Shown here: piece by piece, positions 1 to 9,685 of the stretch
How the letters are laid out: each line of letters opens with the position of its first letter
How positions within the stretch are numbered: position 1 is the stretch's first letter
Assembly (NCBI GenBank): GCA_965216835.1
Contig: OZ244210.1
Coordinates: 1,429,136-1,493,135 of the forward strand
Length of the DNA stretch: 64,000 bases
DNA from: a bacterium
GTDB lineage: Bacteria > ARS69
Direction of reading: 5' to 3'
Made by a program: the position numbers and the translations under genes
The notes under the pieces: generated by a model
What the model was told of the DNA's origin: nothing
The model's input: only the letters and a program-made list of their open reading frames with translations
Database searches by the model: none

Positions 1-66
1 GACGCCGCCGGCCAGCGTCTCGAGGAGACGCTCCCGCGTGACTTCCAGTTCCGGCAGCTCGGGCAT
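1..66 (-). CDS. mutM: Formamidopyrimidine-DNA glycosylase (Fpg/Nei family), N-terminal 22 codons only; gene runs off the window start
   Basis: Reverse complement of 1-66 translates to MPELPELEVTRERLLETLAGGV, matching the conserved MPELPEVE N-terminus of Fpg/MutM. Too short for the ORF track. Confidence 0.6.
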   Translation of the reverse strand, partial: MPELPELEVTRERLLETLAGGV

Positions 67-111
67 CGTTCCTCCGTGACGGCGCGGAAGCGCGGCCGCT
101 AGGATACCACC

Positions 112-1359
112 ATGAGCGATCCCGCCCGTCCCCCGCGCACCCTGCGCTCCGCGCTCGGCGTCCTCGGACCGGGGCTCGTCGTGGCCGCGACCGGCGTGGG
201 CGCGGGGGACATGGTCGCCGCCGCCAAGGCGGGCGCCACGTTCGGGCTGCCGGTGCTCTGGGCGGCCGCCGTCGGTTCGGTGCTCAAGTTCTCGCTGGCC
301 GAGGGCATCGCCCGCTGGCAGCTGGCCACCGGCACCACGATCCTGGAGGGCTGGGCCGCGCGCTTCGGGCCGGCGCTCAAGGTCTGGTTCCTGGCCTACC
401 TCGTCCTCTGGACGATCATCGTCGCCGCGGCGCTGATGTCCGCCTGCGGCCTCGCCGCGCACGCGCTCGCTCCATCCGTGCCGCTCACGGCCTGGGCGAT
501 CGTCCACGCGCTGCTGTCGCTCTTCTTCGTGTGGCGCGAGGGATACGGCCCCTTCGAGCGCGCGATGAAGTGGGCGATCGGGGCGATGTTCGTCGCCATC
601 CTGGGCTCGGCCGCGGTCCAGGCGCCGCCGCTGACGGAGACGCTGCGCGGTCTCGTCCTTCCACGCGTGCCCGAGGGAAGCACCGTGCTCCTCGCCGGCG
701 TGATCGGCGGAGTGGGCGGCACGCTCACGCTCCTCTCCTACAACTACTGGATGCGGGAGAAGCGCTGGCGCGGCGCCGAGTGGATCACCGGCGTGCGCGT
801 CGATCTCTTCGTCGGGTACCTGCTCACGGGCCTCTTCGGCATCGCGCTCATGCTGCTGGCCGGCGTCGTGCTTCATCCCGCCGGTGTGCGCGTCACCGGC
901 TCGGACGGCGTGCTGGAGATGGCGGGGATCCTCGGCGCGAAGTTCGGCCGGCCGGGCGAGCTGGTCTTCCTGTTCGGGTTCTGGGCCGCCGTCGCCACCT
1001 CGATGCTGGGGGTGTGGCAGGGGGTTCCTTACCTGTTCGCCGACTACGTACAGCTGCTGCGGAGGCAGGAGGGTCCGGTCGATCCGCGCGGCCGCGTCTA
1101 CCGCGGCTACCTGCTGTTCCTCACCTTCCCGCCGATGCTGATTCTGGCGGCCGGCAAACCGGTGTGGGTCGTCGTCGCGTACGCGGCGGTCGGATCGCTG
1201 TTCATGCCGTTTCTGGCGGTGACGCTCCTGGTGATGAACAACTCGAAGGACATGGGAACGCTGCGGAACGGTATCGCGGCGAACGCCGGACTCGTGCTGT
1301 GCGTGCTGCTGTTCGGGACGCTGGCGGTCCGGAAGCTGATCGAGACGTTCGGAGGCTGA
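112..1359 (+). CDS. Nramp (SLC11)-related polytopic membrane transporter with non-canonical metal-site residues
   Basis: 415 aa, multiple hydrophobic helices. N-terminal region GPGLVVAATGVGAGDMVAAAKAGATFGLPVLW aligns from memory with the MntH TM1 region, but DPGN is replaced by GAGD and no MPH motif is seen. Confidence 0.7.
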   Translation: MSDPARPPRTLRSALGVLGPGLVVAATGVGAGDMVAAAKAGATFGLPVLWAAAVGSVLKFSLAEGIARWQLATGTTILEGWAARFGPALKVWFLAYLVLWTIIVAAALMSACGLAAHALAPSVPLTAWAIVHALLSLFFVWREGYGPFERAMKWAIGAMFVAILGSAAVQAPPLTETLRGLVLPRVPEGSTVLLAGVIGGVGGTLTLLSYNYWMREKRWRGAEWITGVRVDLFVGYLLTGLFGIALMLLAGVVLHPAGVRVTGSDGVLEMAGILGAKFGRPGELVFLFGFWAAVATSMLGVWQGVPYLFADYVQLLRRQEGPVDPRGRVYRGYLLFLTFPPMLILAAGKPVWVVVAYAAVGSLFMPFLAVTLLVMNNSKDMGTLRNGIAANAGLVLCVLLFGTLAVRKLIETFGG

Positions 1360-1378
1360 TCCAACGAAGGAGGCTGCG

Positions 1379-2605
1379 GTGAAGACGGGAACGGGATGGG
1401 CGACGGCGATGCTGCTGGCGTCGACGGCAGTCGTGGTTGCGGCGGGGCCGGCGGCGGCGGGGAGGTCGATGGAGGGTACGTCGTTGGAGGTCTCCGCCGA
1501 TTTCCGGCTTCGCTACGAGGCCTCCGACCGCACGCTGGTGGAGGACGGAGACTCGCGCCACGACATCTTCCAGCGATTGCAGGTCGGGCTGGAGCTGAAG
1601 AACGAGCAGGGGCTGCGCGCGATCGTCGTCGTGCAGGACGCTCGCCGGTGGGGCGAGTCCGGCACCCCCGGCGCGGACGACGAAAGTCTCGATCTCCACC
1701 GCGGATACGTCGTGCTGGACGTTCCGACCGTCCCCGGCCTGACGCTGTTTGGGGGAAGACAGGGGCTGGACTACGGCCGCGGCCACGTCCTGGCGGACTC
1801 CCCGTGGGCCAACGCCGGTCGCGCCTACGACGGTGTCCGTGCGCGTCAGCGCCTCGGGCGACATCGGCTGGACGCGGGCTACGTCCGCGTGCGCAACCGG
1901 CGAACGTGGGAGGACGCGGCGGACGAGGGATTCGCGTTCGCGGTGGGGCACGTCACGGCGGCCGGCGTGTCCGTCGAGCCGATCGTGCTCTACCGGGAGG
2001 TCCGCTCCTCGAACGACTATCTGACGGCGGGCGGCGTCCACCTGCGGGCCGCGCGCGGTCCGGTGCGGATCCTCGGCGACGCCGTTCGCCAGTGGCGCCG
2101 CTCGGTCCGGGAGGACTGGAGCGCCGATCTGCTGGCCTTCGACGCGGAGCTGGATCTGGGGGGGCGGGAGCATCCCGTGACGCTGTCCGCGGGTCTGTCC
2201 CGGCACTCCGGTCAGGATCTCGAGGACGATCGGCTTCGGTACGACCGGCTCTACGCCAAGCGCCACGCCTTCCACGGTCTGGCGGACATCGCCCTGCCGC
2301 TGGCCGACGCCGCGGGGACGGGGCTGCTCGACCTGCACGCCTCCGTCGCCGCGACGCTGGGCGGCATCGAGGTCCTGACGGCCTACTACGCCTTCCGGAC
2401 CGCCGTGGACACCTGGACGGTGGCGCCGGATCCGCCGGACGACCTGGGCCGGGAGATCGACGTTCGACTGCGCGCCGCGGCGGCGGGCCTGAGGCTGGAG
2501 TTCGGAGGGGGGGTCTTCTTTCCCGGCGACGCTCTCGCGGACTCGATCCCCGGGAGCACGGAGGACGGCCTCTTCGGCTACCTGCAGGCGGCTGCGTCGT
2601 TCTAG
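1379..2605 (+). CDS. Putative outer-membrane beta-barrel protein (secreted, C-terminal Phe)
   Basis: 408 aa with N-terminal signal peptide ([19 protein letters not shown]), alternating amphipathic beta-strand-like segments and a terminal ...AAASF. Lies 20 nt downstream of the Nramp-related gene. Confidence 0.45.
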   Translation: MKTGTGWATAMLLASTAVVVAAGPAAAGRSMEGTSLEVSADFRLRYEASDRTLVEDGDSRHDIFQRLQVGLELKNEQGLRAIVVVQDARRWGESGTPGADDESLDLHRGYVVLDVPTVPGLTLFGGRQGLDYGRGHVLADSPWANAGRAYDGVRARQRLGRHRLDAGYVRVRNRRTWEDAADEGFAFAVGHVTAAGVSVEPIVLYREVRSSNDYLTAGGVHLRAARGPVRILGDAVRQWRRSVREDWSADLLAFDAELDLGGREHPVTLSAGLSRHSGQDLEDDRLRYDRLYAKRHAFHGLADIALPLADAAGTGLLDLHASVAATLGGIEVLTAYYAFRTAVDTWTVAPDPPDDLGREIDVRLRAAAAGLRLEFGGGVFFPGDALADSIPGSTEDGLFGYLQAAASF

Positions 2606-2678
2606 GGGCCGCGCCCGTCGGTTGTCGCCTCCCGCGATCCGGGGTACCCTCCGGCTCCCAAGTGCCTGGAGCGCCAAC

Positions 2679-3974
2679 ATGTTGGACATCCGATTCGTCC
2701 GCGAGAACCCCGACGTCGTCCGCCGGGGCTGCGCGGCCAAGGGCATCGAGGCGGACGTGGACGCCGTCCTGTCCCTCGACGAGAAGCGTCGCTCGCTGCT
2801 GGTCGAGGTGGAGGAGCTACAGCGGGAGCGCAACACCCGCTCGAAGGAGATCGGGCTCAAGAAGAAGGCGGGCGAGGATGCCTCCGCCGAGGCCGCCGCC
2901 GTCCGCGACATCGGCGAGCGCATCAAGGCGATGGAGGAGGAGCGCAAGGACGTCGACGCGCGCCTCCACGATGCCCTGCTGCAGATCCCGAACCTCCCCG
3001 ACGACACCGTCCCCGCGGGGCTCACGCCCGACGACAACGTCGTGGTGCGGGAGGACGGTCCCGCCGCGCAGTTCGACTTCGAGCCGAAGCCGCACTGGGA
3101 GCTGGGCGAGTCCCTGGACATCCTGGACTTCGAGCGGGGCGTGAAGGTCACGGGCTCCGGGTTCCCGGTGTACCGGGGCCTGGGCGCGCGCCTGGAACGC
3201 GCCCTGCTGTCGTTTTTCCTCGATACGCACACGCGGTCCGGACGCTACTTGGAGATCTTTCCGCCGATCCTCGTGAACGAGGACTCGGCCACGGGCACGG
3301 GCCAGCTTCCGGACAAGGAAGACCAAATGTACGTCGCCACGCGCGATGACCTCTACCTGGTGCCCACGGCCGAGGTCCCGGTGACGAACCTGCACCGCGA
3401 CGAGATCCTCGGCGCCGAGGAGCTTCCCATCCGGTACGCCGCGTTCACGCCCAACTTCCGCCGCGAGGCGGGATCGCACGGACGCGACGTGCGCGGTCTG
3501 AACCGCGTGCATCAGTTCAACAAGGTGGAACTGGTCCAGTTCGTGGAGCCGTCCACGTCGGACGAGGCGCTGGAGGCGCTGGTGGCGGACGCGGAGAACG
3601 TGATCCGCGCGCTGGGGCTCCGGTACCGCGTGCTGCTGATGTGCGGCGGCGACATGGGGTTCACGCAGGCCAAGAAGTACGACCTGGAGGTGTGGGCGCC
3701 CGGGCAGCAGCGCTGGCTGGAGGTGAGCTCCTGCTCCAACTTCCGCGACTACCAGGCGCGGCGGATGAAGATCCGCTACCGCGGGGAGACAGGCAAGCCG
3801 GCGCTTGTGCACACGCTCAACGGGTCGGGGCTGGCCACGCCGCGGACGTTCATCGCGGTCCTGGAGACCTACCAGCGAGCCGACGGGACCGTCACGGTTC
3901 CCGAGGCGCTGCGTCCCTACCTGGGCGTCGACGTGATCGCGCCGCCCGCGCAACGAGCGGAGGCTTCGTCATGA
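2679..3974 (+). CDS. serS: Seryl-tRNA synthetase
   Basis: Start moved to the internal ATG giving [12 protein letters not shown], the typical SerS N-terminus; class II aaRS core motifs follow. The ORF-track start at 2622 is probably an upstream extension. Confidence 0.95.
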   Translation: MLDIRFVRENPDVVRRGCAAKGIEADVDAVLSLDEKRRSLLVEVEELQRERNTRSKEIGLKKKAGEDASAEAAAVRDIGERIKAMEEERKDVDARLHDALLQIPNLPDDTVPAGLTPDDNVVVREDGPAAQFDFEPKPHWELGESLDILDFERGVKVTGSGFPVYRGLGARLERALLSFFLDTHTRSGRYLEIFPPILVNEDSATGTGQLPDKEDQMYVATRDDLYLVPTAEVPVTNLHRDEILGAEELPIRYAAFTPNFRREAGSHGRDVRGLNRVHQFNKVELVQFVEPSTSDEALEALVADAENVIRALGLRYRVLLMCGGDMGFTQAKKYDLEVWAPGQQRWLEVSSCSNFRDYQARRMKIRYRGETGKPALVHTLNGSGLATPRTFIAVLETYQRADGTVTVPEALRPYLGVDVIAPPAQRAEASS

Positions 3975-4255
3975 GTGATCCGGGCGCGGAGCGCCATCGC
4001 GCGGCGTTTGCCGGTGTCGTCCTGCTGCTGCGGCAGCTCGCCGTGCAGCTCCTGGAAACCGGCAAGACGCAGGAGGCCCGCGGGCTCATCGACGGACTCG
4101 AGGCCATCCGGGCCAAGGCCGAGGGCAACCTCGTGGAAGAGGAAGCCAAGTTCCTGAACGACGTTCTCTACGAGCTGCAGATGGCGGCCGTGCGCGGTCC
4201 CGGTGATTCCGCCGGGAGCGACGACGCCCCCGCCGATCCGCCGAGCGGGGACTGA
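3971..4255 (+). CDS. Hypothetical small protein (94 aa), translationally coupled to serS
   Basis: ATG overlaps the serS stop (ATGA) and the stop lies 2 nt before the next gene. Hydrophobic N-terminal segment, helical middle, acidic Pro-rich tail; no family recognised. Confidence 0.5.
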   Translation: MSDPGAERHRAAFAGVVLLLRQLAVQLLETGKTQEARGLIDGLEAIRAKAEGNLVEEEAKFLNDVLYELQMAAVRGPGDSAGSDDAPADPPSGD

Positions 4256-4257
4256 CG

Positions 4258-5991
4258 ATGTCGCCGGCTCCGCGGCGGGCCCCGGCCGTCGCCCTGCTCG
4301 CGCTGGCGCTGACGGCCGGCGCGGCGCACGCGTGGCCGTCGCTGTCCGGCGGCGGGGAAGGTCTGCTGGACGTGCGGTCCGCTCCGGTGGGCGGTCCCGG
4401 CGCGCTCGGGATCCAGATCGGTTCGTGGTCCTACCAGCACTCCGCGGGATCCGTGCCCGGCGACCGGCAGGACCGGTTCGTCTCGGACGGCGGCCTGCAC
4501 GTCACGTACGGCATCGGCGGCTGGGGCGAGGCGTACCTGCGGGGCAATCTCGCGTTCTTCGCCATCGACACGTTCAAGCCCATCTCCAACCGTGACGCGC
4601 AGGTGGGCCTGAAGGTCTCGTCGCCGCGGCGGTACGGTCCCGTCATCCCGGGGATCGTCCTGGACCTGAACCTGCCGGTCGGCAACCGGACGCGCGGCTT
4701 CTCCACGGACGCGCTGGATCCCGGCCTCACGGCGCTGTTCACCGTGCCGCTCCCGGAGTCCAACACGTTCAGCGCCGCGAACCTGCACTTCAACCTGGGT
4801 TACCGCGCGCACGGGGACGATCGGGGTCGGACGTACGAGGGCTGGCCGCTGTACTACCTGGAGCCGGTCTATCCGGAAGGCGAGAACGATCGCCTGGACC
4901 TGCGCGCGGCGGTGGAGGTGGTCTCCTCCGAGACGACGCTGTTCGGCGAGCTGCTGCTGGACCAGCTCCTCCACGAGGACATCGCGTTCTCCGAGTCGCC
5001 GATGTTCGTGAGCCTCGGGTTCCGGCGCGGGATCTCGGACCACTTCTCGCTGCTGGGCGCGACGAAGATCGCCCTCTCCTCGGACGATCCCGGCACCACG
5101 CGGTTCCGCGACGTGGAGGACCTGTTCCCGGACTGGCAGTTCGGGCTGGCGCTGGCCTGGTCGCGCGGCGGGTCGGGCGCGGACGCCGACGAGGACGGCG
5201 TGCCGGATCTGCTGGACCAGTGTCCGCATCAGCGCGAGGACCTCGACGGCTGGATGGACGAGGACGGCTGCCCCGACGCGGACAACGACGGCGACGGCGT
5301 GAAGGACGAGTTCGACGGCGATCCCGATCGTCCGGAGGACTACGACGGCTACCTGGACACCGACGGCATCCCGGACCCGGACAATGACGGCGACGGCATC
5401 CCCGACACGGAGGACGAGTGTCCGCTGGGGCCGGAGGATCTGGACGGCGTCGCGGACGAGGACGGCTGCCCGGAGACCGATGCGGACGGCGACGGCATCC
5501 CCGACGAGGGGGACTCCTGCCCGGAGGAGGCGGAGACGCTGAACGGCATCGAGGACGATGACGGCTGCCCGGAGGACGACACCAACGTCCGCACGTCGCG
5601 GCCGCTGACCCGCATCCGTTGGGAAGGTGACGCCGTTCAGCCGGAGCGGGGCGGTTTCGTGGAGCTGGGCGAGCTCGTCTCGCAGCTGCAGGCGGACCCG
5701 ACCATCCGGCTGGAGATCCGGGTGCGCACGCTGACCGCCGATGCGGACGATGCCGCGTTCGAGCTGGGGGTGCAGCGGGCCGAGTTCCTCAAGGCTTACG
5801 TGGTGGCCAGCGGCGGTGACGTCGAGCGGATCCGGGCGATCGGCGAGGCGGGGCCGGACCCGCGGACGGGCTACACGGGCTCCCGCCCGAACGAGGGGCG
5901 CGCCCGCGTGACGTGGGTGAAGTCTCCGGAAACCGAGAGCCCGGAGGAGTCGAACGCGCCGGACGATGCGGGGGCCGGGGAGGCTCCCTAG
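4258..5991 (+). CDS. OmpA-family outer-membrane protein with thrombospondin type-3-like Asp-rich repeats and a degenerate OmpA-like C-terminal domain
   Basis: Signal peptide (ALLALALTAGAAHA), N-terminal beta-rich region, then about 8 tandem DxDxDGxxDxxD-type repeats (DEDGCPDADNDGDGVKDEFDGD...), then an OmpA-like C-terminal segment. Confidence 0.8.
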   Translation: MSPAPRRAPAVALLALALTAGAAHAWPSLSGGGEGLLDVRSAPVGGPGALGIQIGSWSYQHSAGSVPGDRQDRFVSDGGLHVTYGIGGWGEAYLRGNLAFFAIDTFKPISNRDAQVGLKVSSPRRYGPVIPGIVLDLNLPVGNRTRGFSTDALDPGLTALFTVPLPESNTFSAANLHFNLGYRAHGDDRGRTYEGWPLYYLEPVYPEGENDRLDLRAAVEVVSSETTLFGELLLDQLLHEDIAFSESPMFVSLGFRRGISDHFSLLGATKIALSSDDPGTTRFRDVEDLFPDWQFGLALAWSRGGSGADADEDGVPDLLDQCPHQREDLDGWMDEDGCPDADNDGDGVKDEFDGDPDRPEDYDGYLDTDGIPDPDNDGDGIPDTEDECPLGPEDLDGVADEDGCPETDADGDGIPDEGDSCPEEAETLNGIEDDDGCPEDDTNVRTSRPLTRIRWEGDAVQPERGGFVELGELVSQLQADPTIRLEIRVRTLTADADDAAFELGVQRAEFLKAYVVASGGDVERIRAIGEAGPDPRTGYTGSRPNEGRARVTWVKSPETESPEESNAPDDAGAGEAP

Positions 5992-6782
5992 GCGTCGCCG
6001 CCCTGCTCCTCCGCCTTGGCGCGCTCCCACACGCGGTCCATCTCCTCCAGCGTCATGCGACGCCCCTCGGAGTCCACCGCCTTCTCCACCTGGCGGAACC
6101 GTCGCTCGAACTTCTTGATGGTGCCCACCAGCACCTCCTCCGGGTTCCGGTTCAGGAACCGGAGCAGGTTGACCACGGCGAACAGGACGTCGCCCAGCTC
6201 CTCGATGGCGTGCTCCGTGTCGCCGGCGTGGTACGACGCGCGCACCTCCTCCATCTCCTCCTCCACCTTGGCGAAGACCGGATCCGGATGCTCCCAGTCG
6301 AAGCCGATGGCGGCGGCGCGCTCCTGCACGCGGCGCGCCCGCATGAGCGCGGGCAGAGAGTGGGGGATCCCGTCCAGCACGGACTCCCGGTCCGTCTTGC
6401 CGGACTTCTCCCGCTCCTCCTTCTTCACCTCTTCCCAGACCCGCTTGGCGTCGTCCGAGCTGGCGGCCGCGGCATCGCCGAAGACGTGGGGGTGGCGGCG
6501 GTAGATCTTGTCGTACGCACCGTCGAGGAGCTCCTTCACCGAGAAGAGCTTCTCCTCCTCGGCGATGACCGCGATGAAAAGGAGGACGTACAGCAGGTCC
6601 CCGAGCTCCTCGCGGAACTCCTGCGGATCCCCGGAGGAGTGGGCCTCCAGGACCTCGTAGGTCTCCTCCAGCAGGTTGGGCTTGAGCGTCTCGATGGTCT
6701 GGTCCGCGTCCCACGGACAGCCGCCCGGGCCGCGCAGGCGGAGTTCCAGCTGGTGAAGCCGTTCGAAGGCCTTGCCGGGCAT
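5988..6782 (-). CDS. mazG: Nucleoside triphosphate pyrophosphohydrolase MazG
   Basis: 264 aa with two MazG-type EExxE/D helical modules (LGDLLYVLLFIA..., EELGDVLFAVVNL...). Convergent with the upstream gene and overlapping its stop. Confidence 0.9.
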   Translation of the reverse strand: MPGKAFERLHQLELRLRGPGGCPWDADQTIETLKPNLLEETYEVLEAHSSGDPQEFREELGDLLYVLLFIAVIAEEEKLFSVKELLDGAYDKIYRRHPHVFGDAAAASSDDAKRVWEEVKKEEREKSGKTDRESVLDGIPHSLPALMRARRVQERAAAIGFDWEHPDPVFAKVEEEMEEVRASYHAGDTEHAIEELGDVLFAVVNLLRFLNRNPEEVLVGTIKKFERRFRQVEKAVDSEGRRMTLEEMDRVWERAKAEEQGGDA

Positions 6783-6906
6783 CGTTTTCCTCCGGTGGAG
6801 TTCGGGGCAGCGTACCGGCCGGCTGCGCGTCCATCAAGGGCGCGCCTTGCCGGTCTCCGGCGCCTCTCCTATGCTGGGCCGTCGGTCAAGGAGGGGAGGG
6901 GACGGC

Positions 6907-8079
6907 ATGAACACCATGAGCACCTGGGTGGAGGTGGACCTGGACGCCTTCGCGTCGAATCTCCGGCACATCCGCCGGCGGATCGGCCCGGAGGTGAAGG
7001 TCCACCTCGTCGTGAAGGCCGACGCCTACGGGCACGGCGCGCCCGCCATCGCCCGGGTCGCGGAGACCGAGGGCGTGCACTCGCTCGGCGTGGCCACCCT
7101 GGACGAGGGCGTGGAGCTGCGCACCCACGGCGTGCGCGCGCCCGTCATCATCCTGTCTCCTACGTTGCCCACCGAGGCCGAGCGGGTGGTGGAGTTCGGC
7201 CTCACTCCGACCGTCGGCAACCCGTCGGCGGCGCGGGCGGTGGCCGATGCCTCCCGGTCCCGCGGCGTCACCACCGACGTCCACGTCGAGGTGGACACGG
7301 GCATGGGACGCTCCGGCGTCGCCTCGGGGGAGGCGGTGGCGTTCTGTGCCGCCCTGGCCGAGCTGGAGGGACTTCGCCTGGCGGGGATGTTCACGCACTT
7401 CCCCAAGGCGGACTCGCCCAACGGCACGGCCATGGTGAACCGGCAGCTCGAGGACTTCCGCGCCGTGGCGGACGCCGTGCGTACCGCCGGACTGGAACCC
7501 GGCGTGCTCCACGCGTCGAACTCGTCCGCGCTCCTGTTCCATCCGTCGACGCACCTGGACATGGTCCGCCCGGGCCTCATCGCGTTCGGACTGACCACCG
7601 CGGGGGCGCACCCCAATCCGGAGGGCTTCCAGCCGGTGATGCGCTTCGTCAGCCGCCTGGTCCACGAGCGGGAGATGCCGCCGGGACATCCCATCAGCTA
7701 CGGCGGCGACTTCGTGACGCCCGAGACGATGCGGGTCGGCACGGCGTCGGTGGGCTACGGACACGGCTACCCCTTCGCGCTCTCGGGGCGGGGGTACGCA
7801 CTGCTGCGCGGCCACCGGATTCCCATCCTCGGTCGCGTGACGATGGACACCACCGTCTTCGACCTGCGCGGGGTCCCGGAGGCGCGACTCGGCGACGAGG
7901 TGGTGCTGTTCGGCTCGCAGGGCGACGAAACGATCCACGTGAACGACCTGGCCGCGCTGGCCGGCACGCTCCCGTACGAGATCCTGATCGGCATCGGCCG
8001 GCGGGTGCCGCGGATCTACATCCGCTCCGGCCGGAAGGTCGGCGCGCGCACGCTGCTCGGCGTGGAGGACGCGTCGTGA
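6907..8079 (+). CDS. alr: Alanine racemase
   Basis: VVKADAYGHG PLP-lysine motif, VDTGMGRSG, and C-terminal YEILIGIGRRVPRIY. Start set at the internal ATG (MNTMSTWVEVDL) preceded by GGAGGGGAGGGG; the ORF-track start at 6772 overlaps mazG. Confidence 0.9.
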   Translation: MNTMSTWVEVDLDAFASNLRHIRRRIGPEVKVHLVVKADAYGHGAPAIARVAETEGVHSLGVATLDEGVELRTHGVRAPVIILSPTLPTEAERVVEFGLTPTVGNPSAARAVADASRSRGVTTDVHVEVDTGMGRSGVASGEAVAFCAALAELEGLRLAGMFTHFPKADSPNGTAMVNRQLEDFRAVADAVRTAGLEPGVLHASNSSALLFHPSTHLDMVRPGLIAFGLTTAGAHPNPEGFQPVMRFVSRLVHEREMPPGHPISYGGDFVTPETMRVGTASVGYGHGYPFALSGRGYALLRGHRIPILGRVTMDTTVFDLRGVPEARLGDEVVLFGSQGDETIHVNDLAALAGTLPYEILIGIGRRVPRIYIRSGRKVGARTLLGVEDAS

Positions 8080-9275
8080 CGCCGCGCTTCGCGAAGGCGG
8101 CCATCGTGGTGCTGGACGGGGTCGGCGTGGGCGGAGCGCCGGACGCCGCGCAGTTCGGCGACGAGGGTTCCGACACGTTCGGCAACACGGCGCGCGCCGT
8201 CGGCGGGCTCTCGCTGCCGAACCTGGCGGCGCTCGGTCTCGGCAACCTCTCGGATATCCCGGGCGTCCCTCCCGCCGATGCGCCGAGGGCCGCGTGGGGC
8301 CGCCTGCGCGAGACGTCGGCGGGGAAGGACACCACCACCGGCCACTGGGAGCTGTCCGGCGTCGTCCTGAGGGAGCCGATGCCCACGTACCCCCGGGGTT
8401 TCCCGGCCGACGTCATGGAGCGCTTCGCGGAGATCGCGGGGAAGCCCGCCCTGTCCAACGAGGTCGCGTCCGGCACGGAGATCATCGCCCGCCTCGGCGC
8501 GGAGCATGTCCGCACCGGGCAAGCCATCGTCTACACGTCGGCCGACTCCGTCTTCCAGATCGCCGCGCACGAGGACGTGATCCCGCTGGAGGAGCTCTAC
8601 CGCATCTGTCGCGGGACCCGGGAGATGCTGACGGGCCCGCACGCGGTGGGGCGCGTCATCGCCCGGCCGTTCGTGGGGGAGGAGGGCGACTACCGCCGCA
8701 CGAACCAGCGCCGCGACTTCTCGCGGGAGCCGGAGGGCCCCACCCTTCTGGACCGCGTCTCGGCGTCGGGCCGGCCCGTCGTGTCCGTCGGGAAGATCGA
8801 CGATATCTTCGCGCACCGCGGCATCACGCGTTCCGTGCACGTGCTCCCCAACCTGGAGTGCGTCGATGCCACGGTGCGGGCGCTGCGCGAGATCGAGTCC
8901 GGACTGGTGTTCACGAACCTGATCGAGTTCGACATGCGCTTCGGCCACCGCAACGATCCGAAGGGAATGGCCGGCGCCCTGCGCGAGCTGGACGGGCGGG
9001 TGCCGGAGCTCCTGGATGCTGCCGGCTCCGACACACTGCTGGTGTTCACGGCCGACCACGGCAACGATCCCACCACGCCCAGCACCGACCACTCGCGCGA
9101 GGAGGTCCCCCTGCTGGCCTGGACGGGAGGCGGGAGCGCGGAGCTCGGGACGCGGCACTTCGCGGACGTCGGCGCCACGATCGTCGAGAACTTCGGGCTG
9201 GGGCCGCTGGAGGCCGGGGAGTCCTTCCTCGCGGCCTTGCCGGACGCCCCCGGAACGCGGACAATCCGCCGATGA
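8076..9275 (+). CDS. deoB: Phosphopentomutase
   Basis: 399 aa from a GTG that overlaps the alr stop (GTGA). Metalloenzyme-superfamily motifs (VVLDGVGVG, TADHGNDPT) typical of DeoB. Confidence 0.9.
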   Translation: MTPRFAKAAIVVLDGVGVGGAPDAAQFGDEGSDTFGNTARAVGGLSLPNLAALGLGNLSDIPGVPPADAPRAAWGRLRETSAGKDTTTGHWELSGVVLREPMPTYPRGFPADVMERFAEIAGKPALSNEVASGTEIIARLGAEHVRTGQAIVYTSADSVFQIAAHEDVIPLEELYRICRGTREMLTGPHAVGRVIARPFVGEEGDYRRTNQRRDFSREPEGPTLLDRVSASGRPVVSVGKIDDIFAHRGITRSVHVLPNLECVDATVRALREIESGLVFTNLIEFDMRFGHRNDPKGMAGALRELDGRVPELLDAAGSDTLLVFTADHGNDPTTPSTDHSREEVPLLAWTGGGSAELGTRHFADVGATIVENFGLGPLEAGESFLAALPDAPGTRTIRR

Positions 9276-9685
9276 GCGAGGAACGGATGCAGGAACTGGT
9301 CGAGGCCGCGCGCCGGGCGGCCGAGGCGGCCTACGCGCCGTTCTCGGAGTACGCCGTGGGCGCCGCGCTGCTTACCGCCTTCGGCGAGGTCGTGACGGGC
9401 TGCAACGTGGAGAACTCGTCCTACGGGCTCTCGATGTGCGCGGAGCGAAACGCCGTATTCGCGGCGCGCGCCCGCGGTCTGGTGGACCCCGCGTCCGCGC
9501 CGCTGAAGGCCGTCGCCATCCACGCACCGAGGCCGCCCGCGCCGCAGCCCTGCGGCGCCTGCCGGCAGGTGCTGCGCGAGTTCGCGGGCCCGGAGCTTCC
9601 CGTCTGGGTGGACGGCCCGGGCGGCACGGAGCGGACGACGCTGGGAGAGCTGCTTCCGCGGGCGTTCGTGCTGGGGGATCGATGA
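9272..9685 (+). CDS. cdd: Cytidine deaminase
   Basis: 137 aa with the zinc-binding CAERNA and PCGACRQ motifs. ATG overlaps the deoB stop. Confidence 0.85.
   Translation: MSEERMQELVEAARRAAEAAYAPFSEYAVGAALLTAFGEVVTGCNVENSSYGLSMCAERNAVFAARARGLVDPASAPLKAVAIHAPRPPAPQPCGACRQVLREFAGPELPVWVDGPGGTERTTLGELLPRAFVLGDR

Noticed and set aside
5170-5590. Tandem nucleotide repeats suggestive of a repeat array or CRISPR
   Set aside because: The repeats are in frame inside the OmpA-like CDS and encode Asp-rich calcium-binding-type units. There are no regular spacers and no cas genes.
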